This document shows positions 49,540-61,455 of a stretch of 64,000 nt of DNA, in pieces. Location of the stretch: the NCBI RefSeq assembly GCF_963921235.1, contig NC_086097.1, positions 230,642,001 to 230,706,000 of the forward strand, in the 5' to 3' direction. Source of the stretch: Mobula hypostoma (Eukaryota). How positions within the stretch are numbered: the stretch's first letter is position 1; every line of letters starts with the position of its first letter. The notes under the pieces are model-generated. The model was not told the origin of the DNA. It searched no databases and worked only from the letters and a program-made list of their open reading frames with translations. The translations under genes and the position numbers were made by a program.

Positions 49540-52500
49540 CATAGAAACATAGAAACATAGAAAATAGGTGCAGGAGTAGGCCATTCGGCCCTTCGAGCCT
49601 GCACCGCCATTTATTATGATCATGGCTGATCATCCAACTCAGAACCCAGCCTTCCCTCCATACCCCCTGACCCCTGTAGCCACAAGGGCCATATCTAACT
49701 TCCTTTTAAACATAGCTAATGAACTGGCCTCAACAGTTTGCTGTGGCAGAGAATTCCACAGATTCACCACTCTCTGTGTGAAGAAGTTTTTCCTAACCTC
49801 GGTCCTAAAAGGCTTCCCCTCTATTCTCAAACTGTGACCCCTCGTTCTAGACCTCCCCAACATCGGGAACAATCTTCCCGCATCTAGCCTGTCCAATCCC
49901 TTTAGGATCTTATACGTTTCAATCAGATCCCCCCTCAATCTTCTAAATTCCAACGAGTACAAGCCCAGTTCATCCAGTCTTTCTTCATATGAAAGACCTG
50001 CCATCCCAGGAATCAATCTGGTGAACCTTCTTTGTACTCCCTCTATGGCAAAGATGTCTTTCCTCAGATTAGGGGACCAAAACTGCACACAATACTCCAG
50101 GTGTGGTCTCACCAAGGCCTTGTACAACTGCAGTAGTACCTCCCTGCTCCTGTACTCGAATCCTCTCGCTATAAATGCCAGCATACCGTTCGCCTTTTTC
50201 ACCGCCTGCTGTACCTGCATGCCCACTTTCAATGACTGGTGTATAATGACACCCAGGTCTCGTTGCACCTCCCCTTTTCCTAATCGGCCACCATTCAGAT
50301 AATAATCTGTTTTCCTATTTTTGCCACCAAAGTGGATAACTTCACATTTATCCACATTAAATTGCATCTGCCATGAGTTTGCCCACTCACCCAACCTATC
50401 CAAGTCACCCTGCATCCTCTTAGCATCCTCCTCACTGCTAACACTGCCACCCAGCTTCGTGTCATCCGCAAACTTGGAGATGCTGCATTTAATTCCCTCA
50501 TCCAAGTCATTAATATATATTGTAAACAACTGGGGTCCCAGCACTGAGCCTTGCGGTACCCCACTAGTCACCGCCTGCCATTCTGAAAAGGTCCCGTTTA
50601 TTCCCACTCTTTGCTTCCTGTCTGCTAACCAATTCTCCACCCACACCAATACCTTACCCCCAATACCGTGTGCTTTAAGTTTGCACACTAATCTCCTATG
50701 TGGGACCTTGTCAAAAGCCTTTTGAAAATCCAAATATACCACATCCACTGGTTCTCCCCTATCCACTCTACTAGTTACATCCTCAAAAAATTCTATGAGA
50801 TTCGTCAGACATGATTTTCCTTTCACAAATCCATGCTGACTTTGTCCGATCATTTCACCGCTTTCCAAATGTGCTGTTATCACATCCTTGATAACTGACT
50901 CCAGCAGTTTCCCCACCACCGACGTTAGGCTAACCGGCCTATAATTCCCCGGTTTCTCTCTCCCTCCTTTTTTAAAAAGTGGGGTTACATTAGCCACCCT
51001 CCAATCCTCAGGAACTAGTCCAGAATCTAACGAGTTTTGAAAAATTATCACTAATGCATCCACTATTTCTTGGGCCACTTCCTTAAGCACTCTGGGATGC
51101 AGACCATCTGGCCCTGGGGATTTATCTGCCTTCAATCCCTTCAATTTACCTAACACCACTTCCCTACTAACATGTATTTCGCTCAGTTCCTCCATCTCAC
51201 TGGACCCTCTGTCCCTTACTATTTCTGGAAGATTATTTATGTCCTCCTTAGTGAAGACAGAACCAAAGTAATTATTCAATTGGTCTGCCATGTCCTTGCT
51301 CCCCATAATCAATTCACCTGTTTCTGTTTGCAGGGGACCTACATTTGTCTTTATCAGTCTTTTCCTTTTTACATATCTATAAAAGCTTTTACAGTCCGTT
51401 TTTATGTTCTCTGCCAGTTTTCTCTCATAATCTTTTTTCCCCTTCCTAATTAAGCCCTTTGTCCTCCTCTGCTGAACTCTGAATTTCTCCCAGTCCTCAG
51501 GTGAGCCACTTTCTCTGGCTAATTTGTATGCTACTTCTTTGGAATTGATACTATCCCTAATTTCTCTTGTCAGCCACGGGTGCACTACCTTCCTTGATTT
51601 ATTCTTTTGCCAAACTGGGATGAACAATTGTTGTAGTTCATCCATGCAACCTTTAAATGCCTGCCATTGCATATCCACCGTCAATCCTTGAAGTGTCATT
51701 TGCCAGTCTATCTTAGCTAATTCATGTCTCATACCTTCAAAGTTACCCCTCTTTAAGTTCAGAACCTTTGTTTCTGAATTAACTACGTCACTCTCCATGT
51801 TAATGAAGAATTCCACCATATTATGGTCACTCTTACCCAAGGGGCCTCTCACGACAAGATCGCTAATTAACCCTTCCTCATTGCTTCCAGTCCAGAATAG
51901 CCTGCTCTCTAGTCGGTTCCTCGACATGTTGGTTCAAAAAACCATCCCGCATACATTCCAAGAAATCCTCTTCCTCAGCACCTTTACCAATTTGGTTCAC
52001 CCAGTCTACATGTAGATTGAAGTCACCCATTATAACTGCTGTTCCTTTATTGCACACATTTCTAATTTCCTGTTTAATACCATCTCCGACCTCACTACTA
52101 CTGTTAGGTGGCCTGTACACAACTCCCACCAGCGTCTTCTGCCCCTTAGTGTTACGCAGCTCTACCCATATCGATTCCACATCTTCCCGGCTTATGTCCT
52201 TCCTTTCTATTGCGTTAATCTCTTTTTTAACCAGCAACGCCACCCCACCTCCCCTTCCTTCGTGTCTATCCCTCCTGAATATTGAATATCCCTGAACGTT
52301 GAGCTCCCATCCCTGGTCACCCTGGAGCCATGTCTCTGTGATCCCAACTATATCATAATCATTAATAACAATCTGCACTTTCAATTCATCCACCTTATTA
52401 CGAATGCTCCTTGCATTGACACATAAAGCCTTCAGGCGCTCTTTTACAACTCTCTTAGCCCTTTTTAATGCTTGCCCTGGATTTGTCGGCCTGCCACTTT

Positions 52501-53055
52501 TACTTTTCCCCTTTGTACTTTTTGCTTCTACGCTCACTTTACACCCCTCTGTCTCTCTGCACTGGTTCCCATCCCTCTGTTGTGAACTAACCTCCTCACA
52601 CCTAGCCGCTTTAATTTGATTCCCACCCCCCAACCATTCTAGTTTAAAGTCACCTCAGTAGCCCCCGCTAATCTCCCTGCCAGGATATTGGTCCCCCTAG
52701 GATTTAAGTGTAACCCGTCCTTTTTGTACAGTCACACCTGCGCCAAAAGAGGTCCCAATGATCCAAAAACTTGAATCCCTGCCCCCTGCTCCAATCCCTC
52801 AGCCACGCATTTATCCTCCACCTCATCGCATTCCTACTCTCACTGTCGCGTGGCACAGGCAGTAATCCCGAGATTACTACCTTTGCGGTCCTTTTTCTCA
52901 ACTCCCTTCCTAGCTCCCTATATTCTTCTTTCAGGACCTCATCCCTTTTCCTACCTATGTCATTGGTACCTATATGTACCAGGACCTCTGGCTCTTCACC
53001 CTCCCACTTCAGGATATCTTGGACACGATCAGAAATATCCTGGACCCTGGCACCA
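49540..53055 (-). mobile_element. Young CR1 LINE with ORF2 intact except for one small deletion
   Basis: APE ORF 51878-52633 and a 762-aa RT ORF 49639-51927, joined by a single frameshift near 51885. (TTTCTATG)n tail. GGGTTA duplicated at 49534-49539 and 53056-53061. Confidence 0.95.
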
Positions 53056-53068
53056 GGGTTAGAGTTTG

Positions 53069-53211
53069 CAACACACACACCTTTCGTCCTGAAGGGTCTC
53101 AGCCCAAAACGTCGACTGTACCTCTTCCTATAGATGCTGCCTGGCCTGCTGTGTTCACCAGCATTTTTTGTGTGTGTTGCTTGAATTTCCAGCATCTGCA
53201 GATTTCCTCGT
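53069..53211 (+). mobile_element. 143-bp Penelope pseudo-LTR end
   Basis: Same family as 38182-38277, with a damaged hammerhead core. 11-bp TSD GTTAGAGTTTG at 53058-53068 and 53212-53222. Confidence 0.85.
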
Positions 53212-54344
53212 GTTAGAGTTTGTAAAATGTGTTCAGGAAAGTTTTCTAAATCAATATATAGAGCTACCAACTGGAGAGGATGCAATATTAGATCTCCTAT
53301 TACGAAACGAGTTAGGACAGGTGACGGAAGTGTGTGTGTAGGGGAACACTTTGGTTCCAGTGATCATAACACCATTAGTTTCAACTTGATCATGGATAAA
53401 GATAGATCTGGTCCTCAGGTTGAGGTTCTAAACTGGAAAAAGGCCAAATTTGAAGAAATGAGAGAGGATCTAAAAAGCGTGGATTGGGACAGGATGTTCT
53501 CTGGCAAGGATGTGATTAGTAAGTGGGAGGCCTTCAAAGGAGAAATTTTGAGAGTGCACAGCTTGTATGTTCCTGTCAGGATTAAAGGCAAAGTGAATAA
53601 GAATAAGGAACCTTGGTTCTCAAGGGATATTGCGACTCTCATAAAGAAGAAGAAGAGAGATGTATGACATGTATAGGAAACGGAGCAAATAAGGTGCTTG
53701 AGGAGTATAAAAAGTGCAAAAAAAACTTAAGAAAGAAATCAGGAGGACTAAAAGAAGACATGAGGTTGCTTTGGCAGTCAAGGTGAGAGATAATCCAAAG
53801 AGCTTCCACAGGTATATTAAGAGCAAAAGGATAGTGAGGGATAAAATTGGTCCTCTTGAAGGTCAGAGTCGTCGGCTATGTATGGAACCAAAAGAAATGG
53901 GGGAGATCTTAAATGTTTTTTTTGCACCTGTATTTACCAAGGAAACTGGCATGGAGTCAATGGAAATAAGGCAAACAAGTAGTGAGGTCATGGAACCTAT
54001 ACAGATTGAGGAGGAGGAGGAGGTGCTTGCTATCTTGAGGCAAATCAGAGTAAATAGATCCCCAGGACCTGACAGGGTATTCCCTTGGACCTTGAAGGAG
54101 ACTAGTGTTGAAATTGCAGGGGCCCTGGCAGATATATTTAAAATGTCGGTATCTACGGGTGAGGTGCTGGAGGATTGGAGGCTAGCTCATGTTGTTCCAT
54201 TATTTTAAAAAAGGCTCTGAAAGTAATTCAGGAAATTATAGGCCGGTAGGTTTGACATCGGTAGTAGTGTAGCGATGTGCTACACACAGCGCTAGAATAA
54301 CCACACGGAGTCGGTGAGTTGGAGTTGCGATGAAAGAGGTTTAT

Positions 54345-57300
54345 TCAAACTTTGCGGCCCGCTTTAAAGCCTTCCTGTTCCCGCCCTTTTTGCTGCCGGC
54401 CCTCTGCCTGCGCGCGCTGTTTCGTGAGCCGGTTCGTGGGTGTCAGAAAGTGGGTCGCCGCATAACCCCCCCCCCCAGAACCGGCGATACCTCCCCCAAT
54501 GTCCACAGTCTGGATCGGCCTCTGTTTGGGAGGTCTGCCCCTGCACCGCGGTGCCTGAGCCTGGACCGGTTGCGCCAAGTCCACATGGGCCGGTTTGAGT
54601 TGGTCCACCGTGAAAACCTCCTCTCTCCCCCCAATGTCCAGCACGAACGTGGACCCGTTGTTGCTGATCACCTTAAACGGCCCCTCGTAGGGCCGCTGTA
54701 GCGGTGCCCGGTGTCCGCCCCGTCGTACAAAAAGAAACTTACAGTTCTGCAGGTCTTTGTGTACGCAGGTCGGGCTCTGTCCGTGCTGTGAAGTGGGTAT
54801 GGGGGCCAGGTTACCGAGCCTCTCTCGTAGTCTGTCCAGGACTGCTGTGGGTTCTTCCTCTTGCCCCCTTGGGGCTGGTATGAACTCTCCTGGGACGACC
54901 AGGGGCGCGCCGTACACCAACTCGGCCGACGAGGTGTGTAGATCCTCTTTGGGCGCCGTGCGGATTCTGAGCAGGACCCAGGGAAGTTCGTCCACCCAGT
55001 TAGGCCCCTCCAGGTGGGCCATGAGAGCCGACTTCAGGTGATGGTGGAAGCGCTCCACTAGTCCGTTCGACTGTGGGTGGTAGGCAGTTGTGTGGTGTAG
55101 CTGTGTTCCTAAACGTCTGGCCATAGCCGACCACAGGCTGGAGGTGAACTGGGCGCCCCTGTCGGAGGTAATGTGGGCCGGTACCCCAAAGCGTGCTACC
55201 CAGGTTGCGATCAGTGCTCGGGCGCAGGATTCGGATGTGGTGTCGCTGAGCGGGACTGCCTCTGGCCATCTGGTGAACCGATCTATCATAGTTAGGAGGT
55301 ACCGCGCTCCTCGTGACACTGGCAGGGGCCCCACGATATCCACATGGATGTGGTCGAACCTCCGGCGGGTGGGTTCGAACCGCTGCGGCGGAGCCTTGGT
55401 GTGCCGCTGCATCTTGGCCGTTTGGCACTGCATGCACGTTTTGGCCCATTCACTGACCTGTTTACGAAGTCCATGCCACACGAACCTGTTGGAGACCAGC
55501 CGGACAGTTGTCCTGATGGAGGGGTGCGCTAAGTTGTGAATGGATTTGAACACCCGCCGGCGCCAGGCTGCTGGGACGACGGGGCGGGGTTGGCCAGTAG
55601 CCACGTCACATAGCAGGGTCCTCTCACCTGGGCCTACGGGGAGGTCTTGGAGCTGCAAACCGGAGACTGCAGTCCTGTAACTGGGGATCTCAGCGTCTGC
55701 CTGCTGTGCCTCTGCCAGCGCTGCATAGTCCACCCCCTGGGACAGGGCCTGTATGGTAGGTCTGGAAAGTGCGTCTGCCACGACATTGTTCTTTCCAGAG
55801 ACATGCCGGATGTCCGTCGTGTAATCGGAGATGTAGGACAGATGTCGCAGCTGGCGGGACGACCAGGAGTCGGACACCTTAGTGAACACAAAGGTAAGCG
55901 GTTTGTGGTCTGTGAACGCGGTGAAGGGCCTACCTTCTAAGAAGTACCTGAAATGCCGGATTGCCAGGTATAGTGCCAATAGCTCCCCGTCGAAAGCACT
56001 GTATTTGAGTTCGGGTGGTCGTAGGTGTTTGCTGAAGAACGCCAGGGGTTGCCAGCGACCCTCGATGAGTTGTTCCAGCACTCCACCGACTGCTGTGTTG
56101 GATGCGTCCACCGTGAGGGCAGTAGGAACGTCCGTTCTGGGGTGCCAAGGCTTCTTTGGTTTTAACGAAAGCGGTTGCGGCCTCTTCGTTCCAGGTAATG
56201 TCCTTGCCCTTACCCGACATTAGAGTGAACAAGGGGCGCATGGTTCGGGCTGCTGAGGGGAGGAAACGGTGGTAGAAATTCACCATACCCACGAATTCCT
56301 GCAAGCAGCAGGGTTGCCCCGTCTTTAGTAATCCTGTGGCCCAGGAAGTCAGTGGTGTCGAGTCCGAACTGGCATTTGGCTGGATTGATTGTAAGGCCGA
56401 ATTCGCTCAGGCGGGAGCAGAGCTGGCGGAGGTGGGACAGATGCTCCTGCCGACTACTGCTGGCTATGAGGATGTCGTCCAAGTAGATGAATGCAAAGTC
56501 CAGGTCGCGTCCCACCGCGTCCATTAGCCGCTGGAAAGTCTGTGCGGCATTCTTTAGACCAAACGGCATTCGGAGGAATTCGAAAAGTCCGAACGGGGTG
56601 ATAAGTGCTGTTTTGGGGATGTCGGCCGGATGTACAGGGATTTGATGGTATCCCCGGACGAGGTCTACCTTGGAAAAGATTCTTGCGCCGTGTAGGTTTG
56701 CTGCGAAGTCTTGAATGTGCGGCACAGGGTAGCGGTCTGGCGTTGTAGCCTCGTTCAGTCTGCGGTAGTTGCCGCATGGTCTCCAGCCCCCCGTTGCCTT
56801 GGGCACCATGTGAAGGGGGAAGGCCCATGGGCTGTCGGATCGTTGTATGATCCCTAATTCCTCCATCTTCTTGAACTCCTCCTTCGCCGGTCGGAGCTTG
56901 TCCGGGGGAAGCCTTCGAGCACGGGCGTGGAAGGGTGGTCCCTGGGTCGGGATGTGGTGCTGTACTCCGTGTCTGGGCATGGCTGCCATGAACTGCGGTG
57001 TCAGTACTGATGGGAAATCCGCCAGGACCCTGGTGAATTCATCGTCGGACAGCGTGATGGAGTGCAGGTGTGGGGCTGGCAACTGTGCTTCACCCAGGGA
57101 GAACGTTTGAAAAGTCTTGGCGTGGACTAATCGCTTCCCTTGCAGGTCGACCAGCAGGTTGTGGGCTCGCAGAAAATCTGCCCCCAGGAGTGGTTGGGCC
57201 ACGGCGCCCAGTGTGAAGTCCCATGTGAACCGGCTGGAGCTGAACTGTAGCCGCACCGTGCGGGTGCCGTAGGTTCGTATTGTGCTGCCATTAGCGGTCC

Positions 57301-57478
57301 TCAGGGTGGGTCCCGGTTCTCTGTTGCGGGTGTCATAACTCGTTGGAGGTAAGACGCTGATCTCCGCTCCGGTGTCGACCAAAAAGCGGCGTCCCGACTG
57401 CTTGTCCCAGACATACAGGAGGCTGTCCTGATGGCCAGCCGCCGTAGCCATCAGTGGCGGCTGGCCCTGGCGTTTCCC
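54345..57478 (-). pseudogene. pol: Gypsy pol (PR-RT-RNase H-IN), disrupted by two small lesions near 56305 and 56145
   Basis: [11 protein letters not shown] (protease), [10 protein letters not shown] and YLDD (RT), DASNTAVGGVL (RNase H), H-H-C-C zinc finger with D,D-E integrase core, YEGPFKV (GPY/F). Confidence 0.92.
57433..57478 (-). promoter_or_regulatory. Putative programmed -1 ribosomal frameshift signal (gag-pol)
   Basis: G_GGA_AAC heptamer in the gag frame at 57472-57478, 5-nt spacer, perfect 11-bp stem GGCCAGCCGCC/GGCGGCTGGCC with a 12-nt loop. pol lies in the -1 frame. Confidence 0.8.
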
Positions 57479-58155
57479 GGGAATTTGCAGGGTGGTCTGC
57501 AGCGGCGGGCCTCTGTGCCCCACCGCTGGTGGTAGAAACACCATTGTTCGTTGGGCTCCTCACTCCCGTCGCCGGGTTTTGTAGGCTCTGCTGCCGGGCC
57601 TGGTCTGGTCTGTCGTTGGGCACGCGGCTTGGTGATCTGTGCGACGGATGCCCCTCTCTCTTTCCTGGCATTCCACAGCACATCTGCTCGGGCCGCCACC
57701 TCCCGGGGGTTGCTGAAATCTGCGTCGGACAGCAGCAGGCATATGTCCTCGGGCAGTTGCTCAAGGAACGCCTGCTCAAACATGAGGCAGGGTTTGTGTC
57801 CTTCAGCCAGGGCCAGCATCTCGTTCATTAATGCTGACGGCAGCCTGTCTCCCAAACCGTCCAGGTGCATTAAGCGGCGTGCTCGTTCGCGCCGTGAGAG
57901 TCCGAAAGTCCTTATGAGCAGGTTTTTGAATGCTGTGTATTTGCCGTCCTCCGGGGGCGACTGTATAAACTCTTCAACTTGTGCAGCAGTCTCCTGGTCG
58001 AGGGAGCTCAGCACGTAGTAGTAGCGAGTGGACTCCGAGGTTATCTGCCGAATGTGGAATTGTGCTTCTGTTTGTTCGAACCATAAATGGGGTCGCAGCG
58101 TCCAGAAGCTTGGCAGTTCCAACGAAACTGCGTGAACAGATGCAGCATCGGTCAT
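57451..58155 (-). CDS. gag: Gypsy gag with CHCC zinc finger
   Basis: Open frame [18 protein letters not shown]...WFEQTEAQF...[18 protein letters not shown] (C-X2-H-X9-C-X3-C). Confidence 0.9.
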   Translation of the reverse strand: MTDAASVHAVSLELPSFWTLRPHLWFEQTEAQFHIRQITSESTRYYYVLSSLDQETAAQVEEFIQSPPEDGKYTAFKNLLIRTFGLSRRERARRLMHLDGLGDRLPSALMNEMLALAEGHKPCLMFEQAFLEQLPEDICLLLSDADFSNPREVAARADVLWNARKERGASVAQITKPRAQRQTRPGPAAEPTKPGDGSEEPNEQWCFYHQRWGTEARRCRPPCKFPGNARASRH

Positions 58156-58181
58156 CTCTGGTCCAAATATCGTTTGGGCCA

Positions 58182-58193
58182 TCGGGGTCACCA
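58182..58193 (-). promoter_or_regulatory. Primer-binding site complementary to tRNA-Trp
   Basis: TGGTGACCCCGA, 2 nt inside the 5' LTR, is complementary to the 3' end of eukaryotic tRNA-Trp (...UCGGGGUCACCA). Confidence 0.85.
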
Positions 58194-59864
58194 ATTGTAG
58201 CGATGTGCTACACACAGCGTAGAATAACCACACGGAGTCGGTGAGTTAGAGTTGCGATGAAAGAGGTTTATTCAAACTTCGCGGCCCGCTTTAAAGCCTT
58301 CCCGTTCCCGCCCTTTTTTCTGCCGGCCCTCTGCCTGCGCGCGCTGTTTCGTGAGCCGGTTCGTGGGTGTCAGAAAGTGGGTCGCCACAGTAGGTAAATT
58401 ATTGGAAGGAGTACTAAGAGATAGTATCTACAAGTATTTGGATAGACAGAGACTTATTGTGGAGAGTCAACATGGCTTTGTGTGTGGTTGGTCATATTTA
58501 ACAAATCTATTAGAGTTTTTTGAGGGGGTTACCAGGAAAGTGGATGAAGGGAAGGCAGTCAATGTTGTCTACATGGACTTCAGTAAGGCCTTTGACAAGG
58601 TCCCGCATGGGAGGTTAGTTAGGAAGATTTAGTTGCTAGGTATACATGGAGAGGTGGTAAATTGGATTAGACATTGGCTCAATGGAAGAAGCCAGAGAGT
58701 GGTAGTAGAGAATTGCTTCTCAGAGTGGAGGCCTGTGACTAGTGTTGTGCCACAGGGATCAGTGCTGGGTCCAGTGTTATTTGTCATCTATATCAATGAT
58801 CTGGATGATAATGTGGTAAATTGGATCAGCAAATTTGCTGATGATACAAAGATTGGAGGTGTAGTGGACAGTGAGGAAGGTTTTCAAAGCTTGCAGAGGG
58901 ATTTGGACCAGCTGGAAAAATGGGTTGAAAAATGGCAGATGGAGTTTAATACAGACAAGTGTGAGGTATTTGCACTTTGGAAGGACAAACCAAGGTAGAA
59001 CATACAAGGTAAATGGTAGGGCCCTGAGGAGTGCAGTGGAACAGAGGGATATGTGAATACAGATACAAAATTCCCTAAATGTGGCGTCACAGGTAGATAG
59101 GCTCGTAAAGAGAGCTTTTGGTACATTGGCCTTTTTAAATCAAAGTATTGAGTATAAGAGTTGGAATGTTATGATGAGGTTGTATAAGGCATTGGTGAGG
59201 CCAAATTTGGAGTATTATGTACAGTTTTGGTCACCAAATTACAGGAAGGATATAAATAAGGTTGAAAGAGTGCAGAGAAGGTTTACAAGGATGTTGCCAG
59301 GACTTGAGAAACTGAGTTACAGAGAAAGGTTGAATAGGTTAGGACTTTATTCCCTGAAGTGTAGAAGAATGTTGGGAGGTTTGACAGAGGTATATAAAAT
59401 TATGGTGGGTATAGATAGAGTGAATGCAAGCAGGCTTTTTCCACTGAGGCAAGGGGAGAAAAAAACCAGAGGACCTGGGTTAAGGGTGAGGGGGGAAAAG
59501 TTTAAAGGGAACATTAGGGAGGGCTTCTTCACACAGCGTGGTGGGAGTGTGGAATGAGCTGCCAGATGAAGTGGTAAATGTGGGCTCACTTTTAACATTT
59601 AAGTAAAAACTTGGATGGGAGGTGTATGGAGGGATATGGTCCAGGGGCGGGTCAGTGGGACTAGGCAGAGAAATGGTTCGGCACAGCCAAGAAGGGCCAA
59701 AAGGCCTGTTTCTGTGCTGTAATGCTCTGTGGTTCTATAAACTGTGCCATGTGCGCATTCATTGCGCTCATACTTTTGTCACAAGGAAAAAAATTTGCAC
59801 AAAAGATGTTTGCGCGCACACTCTACTAAAAATTAGAGGGAACATTGGCTGTAGGGTTTCTATT

Positions 59865-60230
59865 TTTCTAGTTTTGGGCCCCATACCTCAATGGATGTGT
59901 TGTCGTTGGAGAGAGTCCAGAGGAGGTTCATGGGGATGATTCTGGGAATGAAGGGGTTAACATATGAGGAGCGTTTGGCAGCTTTGGGCCTGTACTCACT
60001 GGAATTTAGAAGAATGCAGGAGCTCTGCCACAGACTGCGGTGGAGGTCAAGTCTGTGCATATATTTAAGGCAGAAGTTGATTGTTTCCTGATCAGTCAGG
60101 GCATCAAAGGATATGACGAGAAGGCAGGCATATGGGGCTGAGTGGGTTTCAGGATAAGTCGTGATGGAATGGTGGAGCAGACTCAATGGGCTGAATGGCC
60201 TAATTCTGCTCTTCAGTCTTGTGATCTTGT
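59865..60230 (+). mobile_element. CR1 3' fragment with internal deletion
   Basis: DVLSLERVQRRFMGMILGMKGLTYEERLAALGLYSLEFRRM followed by a 3' UTR. Confidence 0.85.
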
Positions 60231-61455
60231 GCTTTAGAAGGGTATAGATGCAGCAACTTGTAGAAAGTGGAATATTGCCCAAGGAAATGTATTATGTCTG
60301 ATCAAAAGGGAAATAGTAAAATAAATGTTATTGGTAAAGCAGAGTTTGCAAAAATGTTAACTGACTCTTGGAAAACTTTTAATTTGGAAAGAAGAATAAC
60401 ATGATTTCAATTAAAAAAAAATACAATCATCCCAGTTTGTTTTGATTATTGCTCTGACTTTTTGGTGCAATATTTTAAACATGCTAAAATGACTGTTTTA
60501 TGCTGTCATTGAGATTGCCTGCTTTTCTGAAATGTCCCTCATCTCAATACTGTCTCACCTCTGCTGAAATCCTCATCCTTTCCTGTACTTTTCCTAACCT
60601 CTTGGCTATTTTCTACCTTTTGTAAAATTGAGCACACCCACATCTGTATCATGTTTATTTGGACTGAATCCCACTCACTCATCCCTCCTGTGCTTGCTGG
60701 CATATCCAGACAAATTACTTGGCCATGCTAGTTTTAAAATTGTCATTCTTTTCCCTGAAACCTTAAATGGATTTGTTCTTCTGTCTCTGACATTTCCATC
60801 ACTCCATTACTGTAACCTCTTGCACATTTTAATTCAACTACAGGCTGTGCTCTTAGCTGCCTAGGGCTTAATGTCCAGAATTCCCTTTTTGATGCTCCTT
60901 TTAATAATCTTTGCTCCTCAGGACTGTCTACCAGGTTTTAAGGAAAATCTTTTCAGTTAGTTTAATATGGTTTGCTTTGTCATTTTTTTCTTATTTCTTT
61001 TAATGTAATTTGGGATTATTATTACTCGCCTAAGGCTATAAATATTAGTTGTTGTCAGTTCAGTGGAAATGCATTGTACCTAAATGGATTAATGAGATTT
61101 AATTTGTAATTGTTTGTGGAGCTTCACTGCTAGACAATGGTCATGTCTGTGTAGAGTCTGAGATCCTTCCGTATGATTAAGCAAAATCACGTGGAGTTTT
61201 GAAAGCCTTCCCAAAGTAGAAATCAAAACAAAATTTAAGATTGTTTTATGAATGTCAGCTGTTTTCTTTTTCTACTCTAATAAAATTTGAAGAAGAATGC
61301 CTTCAGGAAAAAGAATAAAGGGACGTAGTATTGTGGTTCAGTGACATTGTTGAGATAATTTTGTTTCAAAGTACATTTATGATTAAGTATGTATACAACC
61401 TTGAGATCCGTCTTCCTGGAGGCAGCCTCAAAACAAAGAAATGCCATTTTAAGAA

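Larger units (their letters stand above)
54268..58389 (-). mobile_element. Near-complete Ty3/Gypsy LTR retrotransposon, CsRn1-like lineage
   Basis: LTRs at 54268-54462 and 58196-58389 (TG...CA). TSD GTAG at 54264-54267 and 58390-58393. G-run PPT next to the 3' LTR. Domain order gag-PR-RT-RH-IN. Confidence 0.95.
44665..59740 (+). mobile_element. Near-full-length host CR1 in four pieces (44665-45383, 48885-49539, 53212-54267, 58390-59740)
   Basis: Reading frames rejoin across the insertions: ORF1 esterase WDLYKR|LHLNYKGTNIL, ORF2 LDGL|EFVKCVQESFL, and [19 protein letters not shown]. Ends with RT and a 3' UTR. Confidence 0.88.

Noticed and set aside
50021..52619. Numerous + strand ORFs opposite CR1 ORF2 (likewise those opposite Gypsy pol at 54330-58244)
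   Set aside because: Antisense shadows of retroelement coding sequence.
52704..53285. 193-aa ORF that looks like a novel esterase fusion
   Set aside because: Chance read-through across three elements (host CR1, Penelope stub, CR1 ORF1), as shown by the TSDs.
54345..54480. Integrase ORF extension through the PPT into the LTR, suggesting an extra domain or env
   Set aside because: It depends on the length of a G homopolymer, and no chromodomain or env features are visible.
59741..59848. Possible DNA-transposon end (...TTAGAGGGAACATTG)
   Set aside because: I found no matching opposite TIR or TSD in the window.
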